From: Planctomycetota bacterium | GTDB taxonomy: Bacteria > Planctomycetota > UBA1135 | Direction of reading: 5' to 3' | Assembly: GCA_045047305.1 (NCBI GenBank) | Contig: JASFYO010000043.1 | Location: forward strand, 1-34,714 | DNA length: 34,714 nt | Shown here: positions 8,137 to 16,993 of the stretch, one piece after another | Numbering within the stretch: the stretch's first letter is position 1 | Layout: each line of letters starts with the position of its first letter | The notes under the pieces: generated by a model | What the model was told of the DNA's origin: nothing | The model's input: the letters and a program-made list of their open reading frames with translations, nothing else | The model's database searches: none | Program-made: the position numbers and the translations under genes

Positions 8137-8997
8137 TCATGTCTGCCACAACCGCGACTGCACTCCGCCATCTCCCACGATGCGAATCGGTTTGCCGCCT
8201 TCCACGCAGTTATAGGTATCGAATTCCTTCACTCCCATGAAACTTAGGGCCGCTTCATCGGTGAGACATTGGCCTTGCACCTTCTCCAGCGGGGCTTTCA
8301 GAATCGCCAACAATGCATCGGCCAAAATATCTGCCCGCCGCCAATCTTTCGGCCCACCTAAGCCATGATTGATGGTCGCCTGCGATTCAATCGCCGTGGC
8401 AGGCCACAAGGCACAACTGCGGACATCGGTCTTGCGCACTTCCTGCGCCATTCCCATGGCAAGCAGGCTCATGCCAAACTTGGAAATGCAGTAAGGCGTC
8501 TTACCAGGCATCATGGCAAGATCTAGTGGTGGCGACATCTGCACAATGCATCCGCTCCCCTGCTCCAACATATACGGCAGCACAAAATGCGATGCCAAGT
8601 ACGCCGCGCGCACATTCACTTCCATCATCAAGTCGAAACGCTTAGGTGGGGTTTCTGCGACGGAGCGCCAGAACATGGCACCGGCATTGTTGAGCAAGAT
8701 GTCGATGCGGCCGAACTCAGCGATTGCAGCCTGCACCATGGCCTCTACATCTTCTGCTTTGCGTACATCGGTTTTTACCGCCAATGCGCGACGCCCTAAG
8801 GCACGAACCTCTTCAGCCGTTTGGTGAATGCTGCCGGGCAAACTATCGCGCGACTTCTCACTTTTGGCAGCAACCACAATGTCGGCGCCAGCGCCGGCTA
8901 AGGCCAAGGCCATGACTTTGCCAATACCACGACTGGCGCCGGTGACCAGTGCAACCTGGCCTTGGAGATCGGGCAAATTAAACGGGGGCTTATGCAT
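8137..8997 (-). CDS. Short-chain dehydrogenase/reductase, HSDL2-like
   Basis: TGASRGIG, NNAG, YCISK (YxxxK), plus AAKS...LPGSI and ALWPATAI typical of HSDL2-like SDRs. Start at ATG 8997 overlaps the fadD stop (ATGCATAA). Confidence 0.88.
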   Translation of the reverse strand: MHKPPFNLPDLQGQVALVTGASRGIGKVMALALAGAGADIVVAAKSEKSRDSLPGSIHQTAEEVRALGRRALAVKTDVRKAEDVEAMVQAAIAEFGRIDILLNNAGAMFWRSVAETPPKRFDLMMEVNVRAAYLASHFVLPYMLEQGSGCIVQMSPPLDLAMMPGKTPYCISKFGMSLLAMGMAQEVRKTDVRSCALWPATAIESQATINHGLGGPKDWRRADILADALLAILKAPLEKVQGQCLTDEAALSFMGVKEFDTYNCVEGGKPIRIVGDGGVQSRLWQT

Positions 8998-10687
8998 TGC
9001 TGGCTTTCTGCTTTGCGATTTCTTCATCGCGCAATTCACGACGCAACATCTTCATCATCGCAGACTTGGGTAGCTCTTTACGGAACTCCCACTGATACGG
9101 AACTTTGTATGCAGCCATTTCTTTGGAACACCACTCCTTCAACTCTTCCGCGGTTACCGATTCTCCTGGTTGGGTCACAATGAATGCTTTCACCGTTTCC
9201 CCACGCTTTTGATCCGGCACACCAATGGTGCACGATTCGAAGACCTTTTCGTGCGCCATCAATACGCGGTCGATTTCGTCGGGGAATATGTTGTAGCCAG
9301 AAGCAATGATCATGTCCTTCTTGCGCCCAACAATCTTGAAGTAACCTTCTTCATCCATCACTGCGAGGTCGCCGGTGTAAAGCCAGCCATTCCGAATCGT
9401 GTTCGATGTTTCCTGGGGACGATTGAGATAACCCTGCATCACTTGCGGGCCCTTCACAATCAGCTCCCCGGTTTCGCCCACAGGCAATTCCGGCAATCCA
9501 CCTTCCGTGTCAACAATGCGAACATCGGTGCCAGGGACGGGCAGACCAATATGACCGATTTTACGTTTACCCATGCACGGGTTCGCGGTCACTACAGGCG
9601 AAGTCTCGGTAAGGCCGAACCCTTCCACAATGATGGCACCAGTAAGGCTTTCGAATTTAGTTTGAATATCCTCTGGCAATGGTGCCGAACCAGAGAAGCA
9701 ACGCTTCACGCTCGATAGGTCTAGGTTCTCTACGTTTGGATAATGGTTGATGGCATTGAACAACGCTGGAAGCGCTGGAAACAAGGTCACGCGGTGCTTG
9801 GTGATGTTTTTTATAAGCCCATCGATATCGCGTGGGTTCGGTTGCAGCACCATCGCTGCGCCAACGGCGACCGGCCAAGTCAGACATACCGTCAGACCAA
9901 AAATATGAAAGAAAGGAAGAGCTGCAAGCAAGACCTCGTTGCCAGGGTCCAAACCTGTAAACCAAGAACGCACTTGTTGCACGTTGTAGCTCAAGTTGCG
10001 ATGCGTGAGTACCGCTCCTTTCGAGACACCCGTGGTGCCTCCGGTGTATTGAATGACCGCAATGTCGTCCATCGAGATATCCACCTGTGGTGGGGTTGCA
10101 GCTGCAGAACGCACTAACTTGCGAAAGAAATGTACTCCGGGCTCGGCTTTCACTTTCGCAATCGTCGGCGGATCCGTCTTCTTCAGTTTTAATGGAGCCA
10201 GCAAATTAAGTGGGAACTTCAAGTACTCCGGCACCGACATGATGATGTATTCACGCACTGGCAGCTTGTCGCGAATCGCACGTACCTTTTGTTCCCAAAG
10301 AAAATCCATGGTCAATGCGACTTCCACCGCGGCATCGTTCCATTGGTGTTCAATCTCTGGCGGCATGTAAAGCGGATTGGTCATCACCGCATGTGCGCCG
10401 AGGCGTTGGATGGCCTGATAAGCAATCGCAGTTTGTGGAATGTTCGGCGCCTGTACAGCAACCCGAGTTCCTTTGCGCACACCCAATCCAGCGAGCGCTG
10501 TTGCGAAACGATCGACCTCTTCTTTGAACTGCCGATAAGACAAGCGGCAGTTCAGGAAAATAATAGCGTCGGATTCTGGGTAATGCCGAACCGCCTTTTC
10601 CAAAAACTCAGGGATAGGGATATCTTCAAAGTTAAGCGTATGAGGTACGCCATCTTCGTAGTGGTCAAGCCAGCGATGATTATCCAT
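8990..10687 (-). CDS. fadD: Long-chain fatty acid--CoA ligase
   Basis: QYTGGTTGVSKG AMP-binding motif, EGFGLTETSP, GWLYTGD, GRKKDMI, LPKSAMMK. Start moved to ATG 10687. Confidence 0.92.
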   Translation of the reverse strand: MDNHRWLDHYEDGVPHTLNFEDIPIPEFLEKAVRHYPESDAIIFLNCRLSYRQFKEEVDRFATALAGLGVRKGTRVAVQAPNIPQTAIAYQAIQRLGAHAVMTNPLYMPPEIEHQWNDAAVEVALTMDFLWEQKVRAIRDKLPVREYIIMSVPEYLKFPLNLLAPLKLKKTDPPTIAKVKAEPGVHFFRKLVRSAAATPPQVDISMDDIAVIQYTGGTTGVSKGAVLTHRNLSYNVQQVRSWFTGLDPGNEVLLAALPFFHIFGLTVCLTWPVAVGAAMVLQPNPRDIDGLIKNITKHRVTLFPALPALFNAINHYPNVENLDLSSVKRCFSGSAPLPEDIQTKFESLTGAIIVEGFGLTETSPVVTANPCMGKRKIGHIGLPVPGTDVRIVDTEGGLPELPVGETGELIVKGPQVMQGYLNRPQETSNTIRNGWLYTGDLAVMDEEGYFKIVGRKKDMIIASGYNIFPDEIDRVLMAHEKVFESCTIGVPDQKRGETVKAFIVTQPGESVTAEELKEWCSKEMAAYKVPYQWEFRKELPKSAMMKMLRRELRDEEIAKQKASNA

Positions 10688-10692
10688 AAAGG

Positions 10693-10701
10693 AGCATAGC
10701 A
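10693..10701 (-). promoter_or_regulatory. Extended -10 (TGcTATGCT) 5 nt before fadD ATG
   Basis: Minus strand TG-C-TATGCT-ccttt-ATG(10687). Confidence 0.55.
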
Positions 10702-10718
10702 AGGCCTACCCCACCTCT

Positions 10719-10757
10719 GAAACGAATGCGGGCGCCCCCCCTGCGGAGAAGCGCCCG
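10719..10757 (-). terminator. GC-rich hairpin after the S8 protease gene, probable terminator
   Basis: CGGGCGC (10729-10735) / GCGCCCG (10751-10757) stem, extended by G-U pairs on the minus strand, followed by an imperfect U-tract CATTCGTTTC. Confidence 0.55.
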
Positions 10758-10777
10758 AATGCGACTCGTGGTAGGCC

Positions 10778-12847
10778 TTAAAGGACCGTTCCGCTAATGA
10801 TGTTACTCACCTGCCCAGCCTGAATCGTTTGCATCCAGTAGGAGAATCCAGTGGCTCCAGAAGGAACCGAGACTACGAAGTCGGCAGCGCCAAGGGCATT
10901 GGCCACTTGCGCAGCACCTAGCTGCGATGGGCTAGCAATACCAAGGGTGACACCTAGAGCTGGAATGCCGAAGGAACCAAGGCCAGTGGTGGAGTAAGCA
11001 AGCCAAGTGGTTGCGGATGGCGTTGCGTTGCTCACGCTGAAGGTCGCGCTGTTTCCGCCAACTACAGATGGGGAAGACAAAGTCATTGCCGCGCCAGTTC
11101 CATCGTGACCGTAAATGGTCAGGGTGAAGTTGGTCCACGTTCCAGTAGTGCCAGCGCTTTGGTCCTGCACATCAATCGTCCAGTCGCCTAGCGAGCTTTC
11201 GCCCCAATGACGCATGGAAGTAAAGATGAAGTTGTTGTAGTTGTTGGTGGTGTCTCCACGCTGTTTAGCGACGATAGATCCAATTCCGTTCGGGGAATTA
11301 ATCTTGATGTAAAGATCACCCACGTTGTTGTGGCTGACGTTCATCTTCAACTCCACCGACTCCACAACAAAGTCCACCGGAATGGTCACGGTTCGGCTGA
11401 GCCCAGTGGTGTTGTTATCTGGGATTGACTGGTTCACCGCCACCACGCCTGAAGTGGTCATTTGTTCCGGGCCCAAGTTCGTCCAAGTTTGTGCAAGCTG
11501 GGTCGCAGCATCTGCATCCACCGCACCGAAGCCATAGTTCAGACTTACGTCGTATCCAGCGCCGTTGACCAACCAGTTCGCATTATTGGGATCGTTCTTA
11601 CGCGCAGATTCAATCAACACGGCTTGCACATCGCGCCAGGTAAGGGCTGGATTTGCCTGCAGCACTAAAGCGGTCACGCCAGCAGCCAAAGGCGAAGCGG
11701 AAGAGGTTCCGCCGAAACTACTGGTGTAGCCTGAGCCACCAGTGGTGGTAAAAATACCACGATTGTTGCCAGAGGAGGGTGCAACTACGGTCATCGAACT
11801 GCCATGCTCGTTATAGAAAGCGCGCGTATCGTTATCGCCAATCGCGCCCACTGCAATGGTCATGCGGCTAGATGCGTAGGGGTCGTATTCCACGCGGTCG
11901 GCAAGGCCACCGTTGCCTGCAGCCCAGCAGAAAATCTCGCCAAGGCCAGCGCGACCACCCGATACGGCATTCTCCATGGCGGTGCGCTCAGCACTAGTCA
12001 TATAAGAGATGGTGCCATCATCAATTGGGCCCCAAGAGTTGGACTTGATGTCGTTGATATCGTTGCGGTGACCGAAAGAAGCCGAAGTCGTGCTGGAGTT
12101 TCCATAACGCATCATGGAAAACTGAGCACCATAAGCAGCACCAACGCCGCCTTGGCCATTTCCTTCCACGGCCGCAGCCACGCCTGCACAAGAAGTACCG
12201 TGATTACTGACGCCGCTGCCAAGACTTGCAGTTGCATTGTAATTCGCATTGAGATCTGGGTGGTTGACGTAAATACCACCATCAATAATGCCGATGACCA
12301 CACCATTGCCAGTGAAGCCATTGTTCCACGCACCTTCCACATTCACATCAGCAATCGAGTTGATGTTGTTCTTCAGGTGCCACTGGGAGCCAAAGTTCGG
12401 ATCACTCGGGAGCGCGCGCTCAGCCCATGGACGCTTTGCATCGAGATAAACCGCTTCATCTCCAAAATAAGCTTCGAGGTCACGAGCGAGTAATAACGCA
12501 TCGCCGACGTTGGCTGCATGCACCAGCTGAAAACCTGGGGCAGCAGTGAGTGGTTCAATCCAGGACTCGGCAATCGAGTTGGCGATTTTCGCCAAGTCTG
12601 CGACCGCGTCGGTCTCAACGATCACGGTCGAGGTCAACTCATAACCCGGAGTTGGCGCTGGAATCATTCCAAGCTTGCTCATGTGGTCGTCGTTGATCCG
12701 CGAGGCAGTAGTCAGGCTCGCAGTCGTGTCCTCAATCTCAAAAAGGGCGCGATCGAATCCGGTGTCGACCCATTGCAGGGTGCTTTGTGGAGCTTCCTGA
12801 CCAGATTGGGCCAGGGGTAGGGCTAGGAGAATTAGGGTTTGAAACAT
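10778..12847 (-). CDS. Secreted kexin/furin-like S8 serine protease with P-domain and shared C-terminal domain
   Basis: Signal peptide MFQTLILLALPLAQS; triad IIDGG / NHGTSCAG / GGTSSASP; oxyanion AAGNGG; NSWGP.DDG and LTWRDVQ kexin-type motifs; P-domain (VESVEL...H...GDL.I...SP.G...HWGE.S.GDWTI). Confidence 0.93.
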   Translation of the reverse strand: MFQTLILLALPLAQSGQEAPQSTLQWVDTGFDRALFEIEDTTASLTTASRINDDHMSKLGMIPAPTPGYELTSTVIVETDAVADLAKIANSIAESWIEPLTAAPGFQLVHAANVGDALLLARDLEAYFGDEAVYLDAKRPWAERALPSDPNFGSQWHLKNNINSIADVNVEGAWNNGFTGNGVVIGIIDGGIYVNHPDLNANYNATASLGSGVSNHGTSCAGVAAAVEGNGQGGVGAAYGAQFSMMRYGNSSTTSASFGHRNDINDIKSNSWGPIDDGTISYMTSAERTAMENAVSGGRAGLGEIFCWAAGNGGLADRVEYDPYASSRMTIAVGAIGDNDTRAFYNEHGSSMTVVAPSSGNNRGIFTTTGGSGYTSSFGGTSSASPLAAGVTALVLQANPALTWRDVQAVLIESARKNDPNNANWLVNGAGYDVSLNYGFGAVDADAATQLAQTWTNLGPEQMTTSGVVAVNQSIPDNNTTGLSRTVTIPVDFVVESVELKMNVSHNNVGDLYIKINSPNGIGSIVAKQRGDTTNNYNNFIFTSMRHWGESSLGDWTIDVQDQSAGTTGTWTNFTLTIYGHDGTGAAMTLSSPSVVGGNSATFSVSNATPSATTWLAYSTTGLGSFGIPALGVTLGIASPSQLGAAQVANALGAADFVVSVPSGATGFSYWMQTIQAGQVSNIISGTVL

Positions 12848-12951
12848 TCTTTGGCTAGGGACGTTATTGGTTAGAGCCTCAGATGGGGAATCTGTTCCAT
12901 CTATAGTCCGCGGAACTTCGTGAGATACCCCCTCTTACCAACGCCGAAGTT

Positions 12952-12957
12952 TATGAT
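12952..12957 (+). promoter_or_regulatory. -10 box TATGAT 6 nt before GTG start
   Basis: TATGAT gggaac GTG(12964). Confidence 0.55.
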
Positions 12958-12963
12958 GGGAAC

Positions 12964-13494
12964 GTGCATCCTGCCGAAAAACCTGAACAAGAGTTGATCA
13001 AGGAGCTTCAATTCGAAGCTACGCGGTCCTCGGGGCCTGGTGGCCAGCACCGAAACCGTGTTGCCACGGCGATTCGCATTACGCATTTGGCCACTGGAAT
13101 CACCGCCATGGCTACCGAAAAGCGCTCTCAGCTAGAAAACAAGGTTGAAGCATTGTTTCGAATGAGGGTCAAGCTAGCGATTTTGGTGCGCTCCGACTTA
13201 ACGGATGACGACTTCATCCCGCCGGGGGCATACAAGCCTTCGGAGTTGTGGATGAAGCGACTGAAAGGATCCAAGATGAAAGTAAATCCCAAGCACAGCG
13301 ACTTCCCCGCCTTGCTGGCCGAGGTGTTGGACCGACTGAACTTGGAAAAGGATGACCTCGGGCGCACCGCAACGGCGTTCCGCATTAGCAATAGCCAGCT
13401 GGTCAAGTTTTTGGCGGTTGACCCTGCGGTGCTTCACGCCCTCAACGAGCGACGCAAATCAAAAGGTAAGCGGCCGCTACGGACGGGTAGATAA
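12964..13494 (+). CDS. Peptide chain release factor-like (GGQ / RF-1 domain) protein with C-terminal helical extension
   Basis: RSSGPGGQHRNRVATAIRITH.ATGI...KRSQLENK..A GGQ-domain signature; no codon-recognition domain; basic tail NERRKSKGKRPLRTGR. Confidence 0.85.
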   Translation: MHPAEKPEQELIKELQFEATRSSGPGGQHRNRVATAIRITHLATGITAMATEKRSQLENKVEALFRMRVKLAILVRSDLTDDDFIPPGAYKPSELWMKRLKGSKMKVNPKHSDFPALLAEVLDRLNLEKDDLGRTATAFRISNSQLVKFLAVDPAVLHALNERRKSKGKRPLRTGR

Positions 13495-13497
13495 TCC

Positions 13498-13902
13498 ATG
13501 TTCCACCGTCATGCCCTGCGCGTGGTTTTACTGATTTTCGGCTTCGTTTTTTTGGCGTTGGGAGTAGTGGGAACCCTGCTGCCCATCATGCCAACAGTTC
13601 CGTTTCTGCTCCTCGCGATTTGGTGCTTTTCACGCAGCTCGGAGCGCATGCATCAATGGATCTTGAACCTCCCCAAAGTAGGTGCCGAACTGCGTGCTTG
13701 GGAAAATCAGGGCGCCATTTCCAAACATGCAAAGGTGTGGTGCGCCATCGTGATGATTGGCCTGGTTGCGCTGCCGATGCTGTTCCGCGATTTAGCGTTG
13801 TGGGTAAAACTTGCAGCCTGGACGATCACGGTTGTGGTGTTGGTGTTTGTATGGAGTCGACCTTTGCCTCGACCAAAAGATGTTAGGCATGATGAAGGCT
13901 AA
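13498..13902 (+). CDS. YbaN / DUF454 family inner membrane protein
   Basis: LGVVGTLLPIMPTVPFLLLAIWCFSRSS...W...GAIS..AK signature. Confidence 0.88.
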   Translation: MFHRHALRVVLLIFGFVFLALGVVGTLLPIMPTVPFLLLAIWCFSRSSERMHQWILNLPKVGAELRAWENQGAISKHAKVWCAIVMIGLVALPMLFRDLALWVKLAAWTITVVVLVFVWSRPLPRPKDVRHDEG

Positions 13903-14548
13903 ACTCACCCTGCTTAGCATGGCATTCGTGATGGGATTCTCTTGCGTGAACCCTAGTACACCCAATCGCAAGTTTGCCGACCATCAAGTTGGCCATGCAG
14001 CAAGTGGCATCCTTTTTCCGCAGACGCTCGGGGAGTTTCAACGCACCGGGTTCCAAATCTATGATGACCGAGGATTGGACGTAGGAGCCACCTATTTGCG
14101 CTTTCACGTGAGAGATCGCATCAGCGCACAGCTCTCTGTTTACCCTGCCCCGCCACTACATAAAGGCAGAAAACCAGCGGCTGAGCTTCGGTCTATGCGT
14201 AAAGTTCAGATGAAGATGGCTTTCGATGGAGTCAAACAAAGAATTTTAGATGCGAACCCTGGATCGATCCATGCAACAGAGGACGCGTCCGTGGTCATCC
14301 TCTTCGGCCAAGAATGCGATGTCCAAACCGGCATCTTCCTTTTCACGGAAGATCGTGGCATTTTCCCCACCACCTACTACTCCTCGGTTTCCATGGTGGC
14401 CTTTCAACAGTGGTTCTTGGTGGAGCGCATCACCGCAACCATCGATGCCGCCAACCATTCGGAAGCGGAACTGGTGGAATTCGTACAAGCTTTCATGCTA
14501 GCCAACGAAGGCACTCTGCTTTCCAGCAGGGATCCTCGCAACAATTAA
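13889..14548 (+). CDS. Hypothetical lipoprotein
   Basis: MMKAKLTLLSMAFVMGFS-C lipobox-like signal; start overlaps the YbaN-family gene end; no recognised domain. Confidence 0.6.
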   Translation: MMKAKLTLLSMAFVMGFSCVNPSTPNRKFADHQVGHAASGILFPQTLGEFQRTGFQIYDDRGLDVGATYLRFHVRDRISAQLSVYPAPPLHKGRKPAAELRSMRKVQMKMAFDGVKQRILDANPGSIHATEDASVVILFGQECDVQTGIFLFTEDRGIFPTTYYSSVSMVAFQQWFLVERITATIDAANHSEAELVEFVQAFMLANEGTLLSSRDPRNN

Positions 14549-14556
14549 AATAGGTC

Positions 14557-14934
14557 TTATGCCGCGGCGCGGATGACCCAAACGCCAGCGAAAAACATAG
14601 CCATACCAAGCACCACATTCACGGCCACATTCAGCATGGCGGAGCCGAGTGCGCCATGCCGCAGGAAGTCACTACTCTCAAATGCAAAGGTCGAAAACGT
14701 GGTGAACGCGCCGAGGAAGCCCACCATAATCCAGGTGGCATTGTCCTCGCTGATGGAGCCCTTTTCGCGAATCAGGGTCAAGAGGGCTCCAAAGAGGAAA
14801 CAACCGAGGGCATTCACCGCCAAAGTACCCCAAGGAAAGCCCGGCCCAGCCCAGCCACGCACCCAGCCACTGATCCCATAACGGGCCAGGGTGCCAGCGG
14901 CGCCGGCGGCGGCAAGGAGAAGCAGTCGAGACAC
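14557..14934 (-). CDS. crcB: Fluoride channel Fluc/CrcB
   Basis: GTLARY, FPWGTLAVN and GFLGAFTTFSTF signature; 125 aa, 4 TM. Confidence 0.93.
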   Translation of the reverse strand: MSRLLLLAAAGAAGTLARYGISGWVRGWAGPGFPWGTLAVNALGCFLFGALLTLIREKGSISEDNATWIMVGFLGAFTTFSTFAFESSDFLRHGALGSAMLNVAVNVVLGMAMFFAGVWVIRAAA

Positions 14935-14942
14935 GGAGCGCG

Positions 14943-14949
14943 TATTCTA
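14943..14949. promoter_or_regulatory. Symmetric -10 element TATTCTA in the 30-bp gap between crcB and DUF420
   Basis: Minus strand TAGAAT is 9 nt before crcB GTG; plus strand TATTCT is 16 nt before ATG 14965. Confidence 0.5.
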
Positions 14950-14964
14950 TGCGGCTCGACCGTC

Positions 14965-15429
14965 ATGGACGACCCCTCCATTTTCCCACCGATCAACGCT
15001 GCCCTCAACGGGCTGGCTGGCGTCCTGCTGCTCATCGGCTTCGGCTTGATTCGACGCGGCAACGAAGCTGCCCACAAACGCTTCATGCTGTCCGCATTCG
15101 CCTGCTCGATGGTGTTTTTAGTGAGCTACCTGTACTACCACCTGAACTTTTCGATTCAGGTGAAATACGCTGGGCCTGACTGGGGCAAGATGCCTTACCT
15201 CATCATGCTGCTGGTGCACACCGTACTTGCGGCGACGGTTCCCTTTCTTGCCCTACGCACGATTTTCCTTGGTTTCCAAGGCCCGCGCGAGGCGCACCGC
15301 AAGATTGCCAGAATCACTTTTCCGATCTGGATGTTCGTCTCCATCACCGGGGTGCTCATCTACTTGATTCTTTACGTCTTCACCGACAGTGGATCCATCG
15401 TTTTGGAGGCGTTAGAGGCTGCATCGTGA
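14965..15429 (+). CDS. DUF420 family membrane protein (cytochrome oxidase assembly associated, CtaM/YozB-like)
   Basis: PPINAALN...AHKRFMLSAF.CS..FLVSYL.YH...H.KIARITFPIWMFVSITGV.IY signature. Start moved to ATG 14965. Confidence 0.88.
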   Translation: MDDPSIFPPINAALNGLAGVLLLIGFGLIRRGNEAAHKRFMLSAFACSMVFLVSYLYYHLNFSIQVKYAGPDWGKMPYLIMLLVHTVLAATVPFLALRTIFLGFQGPREAHRKIARITFPIWMFVSITGVLIYLILYVFTDSGSIVLEALEAAS

Positions 15430-16052
15430 GTCTAGCCAAGTCCGACATCATCGCCCTCACCCTAGTGACCATCGCTGCGGTTTTTGGTTTGAGTTTGTCG
15501 CTGACCAAGCCTTTCCACTCGCCAGATGAAGAACCCATCCCCATCTTCGACAACCCGGCACAGGAAGAGTTGTTCGCTTTCATCGAAGCCGAGTTCGGGT
15601 TATTCACTGCGCCAGTCTTGGCTGATGACTGGCTCCCAGACGGCGCCGGCAACTTAACTTCGGGGCGCACGATCTACGAGGTGCAATGCTTACATTGTCA
15701 CGGCAGCAATGGTGGCGCCGACACCATCCGTTCGCGCCTGCTCAACCCTCCACCGCGCAACTTCAGCCTTGGGGCCATCGTCCGCACCAGCACACCTCCG
15801 GGACGTCCTCCTCGGCTCAACGATGTCCGACTGCTCATCCGCGATGGCGTTCCAAGCACCTCCATGAGTGAGTTTCGCGGTCTCCCCGAAGCCGACCGTC
15901 ACGCTGCCGCCGACTATGTGATGTACCTACTCATCCGCGGTGCCGTGTGGAATCAAGCATTAGCGCAACTGGATACGCTTTCTCCTGCGGAAGCCTTTTC
16001 CCAAGCCATCGCAGAACAAAAAGCGCGTTGGTCCAATCCGGAGGGCAAGTAA
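15426..16052 (+). CDS. Membrane-anchored monoheme cytochrome c
   Basis: N-terminal TM; CLHCHG (CxxCH); PPPRNF; candidate Met ligand in GVPSTSMSEF; GTGA overlap with DUF420. Confidence 0.88.
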   Translation: MSLAKSDIIALTLVTIAAVFGLSLSLTKPFHSPDEEPIPIFDNPAQEELFAFIEAEFGLFTAPVLADDWLPDGAGNLTSGRTIYEVQCLHCHGSNGGADTIRSRLLNPPPRNFSLGAIVRTSTPPGRPPRLNDVRLLIRDGVPSTSMSEFRGLPEADRHAAADYVMYLLIRGAVWNQALAQLDTLSPAEAFSQAIAEQKARWSNPEGK

Positions 16053-16993
16053 TGGACCTTCACCCGAAGCCACCTTACTTCAAATGGCTGCATCGCCTGT
16101 CGATCGCAGGACTCTTAGTCACGATTGCTCTCACCTGTGGAATCGGCGGCACCATCACCAGTGCGGAAGTCGGCATGGCTTACCCCACCTGGCCAGACAT
16201 CAACGGCGGATCCCTTTTCAGTATTTTCTACACCAAGCTTGCTGATGCCTTTGGTTGGGGATCGGTGGTGGAGCATACGCATCGCCAAGCCGGAAGCCTT
16301 ACCGGCCTGATCATTTTGACCATGACATTGATTTCATGGTCCACCAAAGGCGTGCCCACCAAGCTTCGCATACTTACCACCTCCTCACTGGCCATCGTTT
16401 TGGGGCAAGGCTGGCTTGGTGCCGCACGCGTTCTTGACAACGATTATCTGGTTGCGATTCTGCATGCCATGGGCGCGCAGATTGTGGTGCTCATGTTGGT
16501 GGTCCTTACAAAATGCACCGCCCCAGATTGGCATCGTGCACCCATGGTATTCCCCGCGCATCGAGTGCAACGCTTACGCCTGTGGAGCAGTGTCAGCATC
16601 CTGCTGCTGTTCGCCAACTTGTTTGCTGCAGCTAGCCTACGCCATAAGCAGGGCGCATTCGAAGGGCACTTGATTCTGGCCATCACCACTTCTGCCGTGG
16701 TCTTATTCCTCATCCAACAAACGCTGACTAAATTCCGTGGACAAAAACGCATCCGCTTGGTCGCGCGCGGCTTGGCGCACTTACTAGGCACTCAACTTGC
16801 ATTAGGTGTCGCCGCATGGGCATTCCTATTGGGGCCTCTCGCAGGAACTTTTAAGGACGAAGACACCCGCTTCCTCATCCAAAGCTTGCTCGCCACTGGT
16901 CACTTGCTTTGCGGTATTTTGGTCCTCGCCTCGGTCACTAGTTTGTGGATGGAAGCACGTCATCGCATCGCGCCGCAGGAATCCGCATCATGA
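16052..16993 (+). CDS. ctaA: Heme A synthase (COX15/CtaA family)
   Basis: GGTITS...GMA.P.WP, EHTHR, LHAMGAQ, EGHL and TGHL conserved His positions; ~8 TM; TAATG overlap; GGAGG SD at 16040-16044. Confidence 0.8.
   Translation: MDLHPKPPYFKWLHRLSIAGLLVTIALTCGIGGTITSAEVGMAYPTWPDINGGSLFSIFYTKLADAFGWGSVVEHTHRQAGSLTGLIILTMTLISWSTKGVPTKLRILTTSSLAIVLGQGWLGAARVLDNDYLVAILHAMGAQIVVLMLVVLTKCTAPDWHRAPMVFPAHRVQRLRLWSSVSILLLFANLFAAASLRHKQGAFEGHLILAITTSAVVLFLIQQTLTKFRGQKRIRLVARGLAHLLGTQLALGVAAWAFLLGPLAGTFKDEDTRFLIQSLLATGHLLCGILVLASVTSLWMEARHRIAPQESAS

Noticed and set aside
14935..14964. Fluoride riboswitch upstream of crcB
   Set aside because: Only 30 bp separate the divergent starts and the conserved GGCGATGG-like core is absent.
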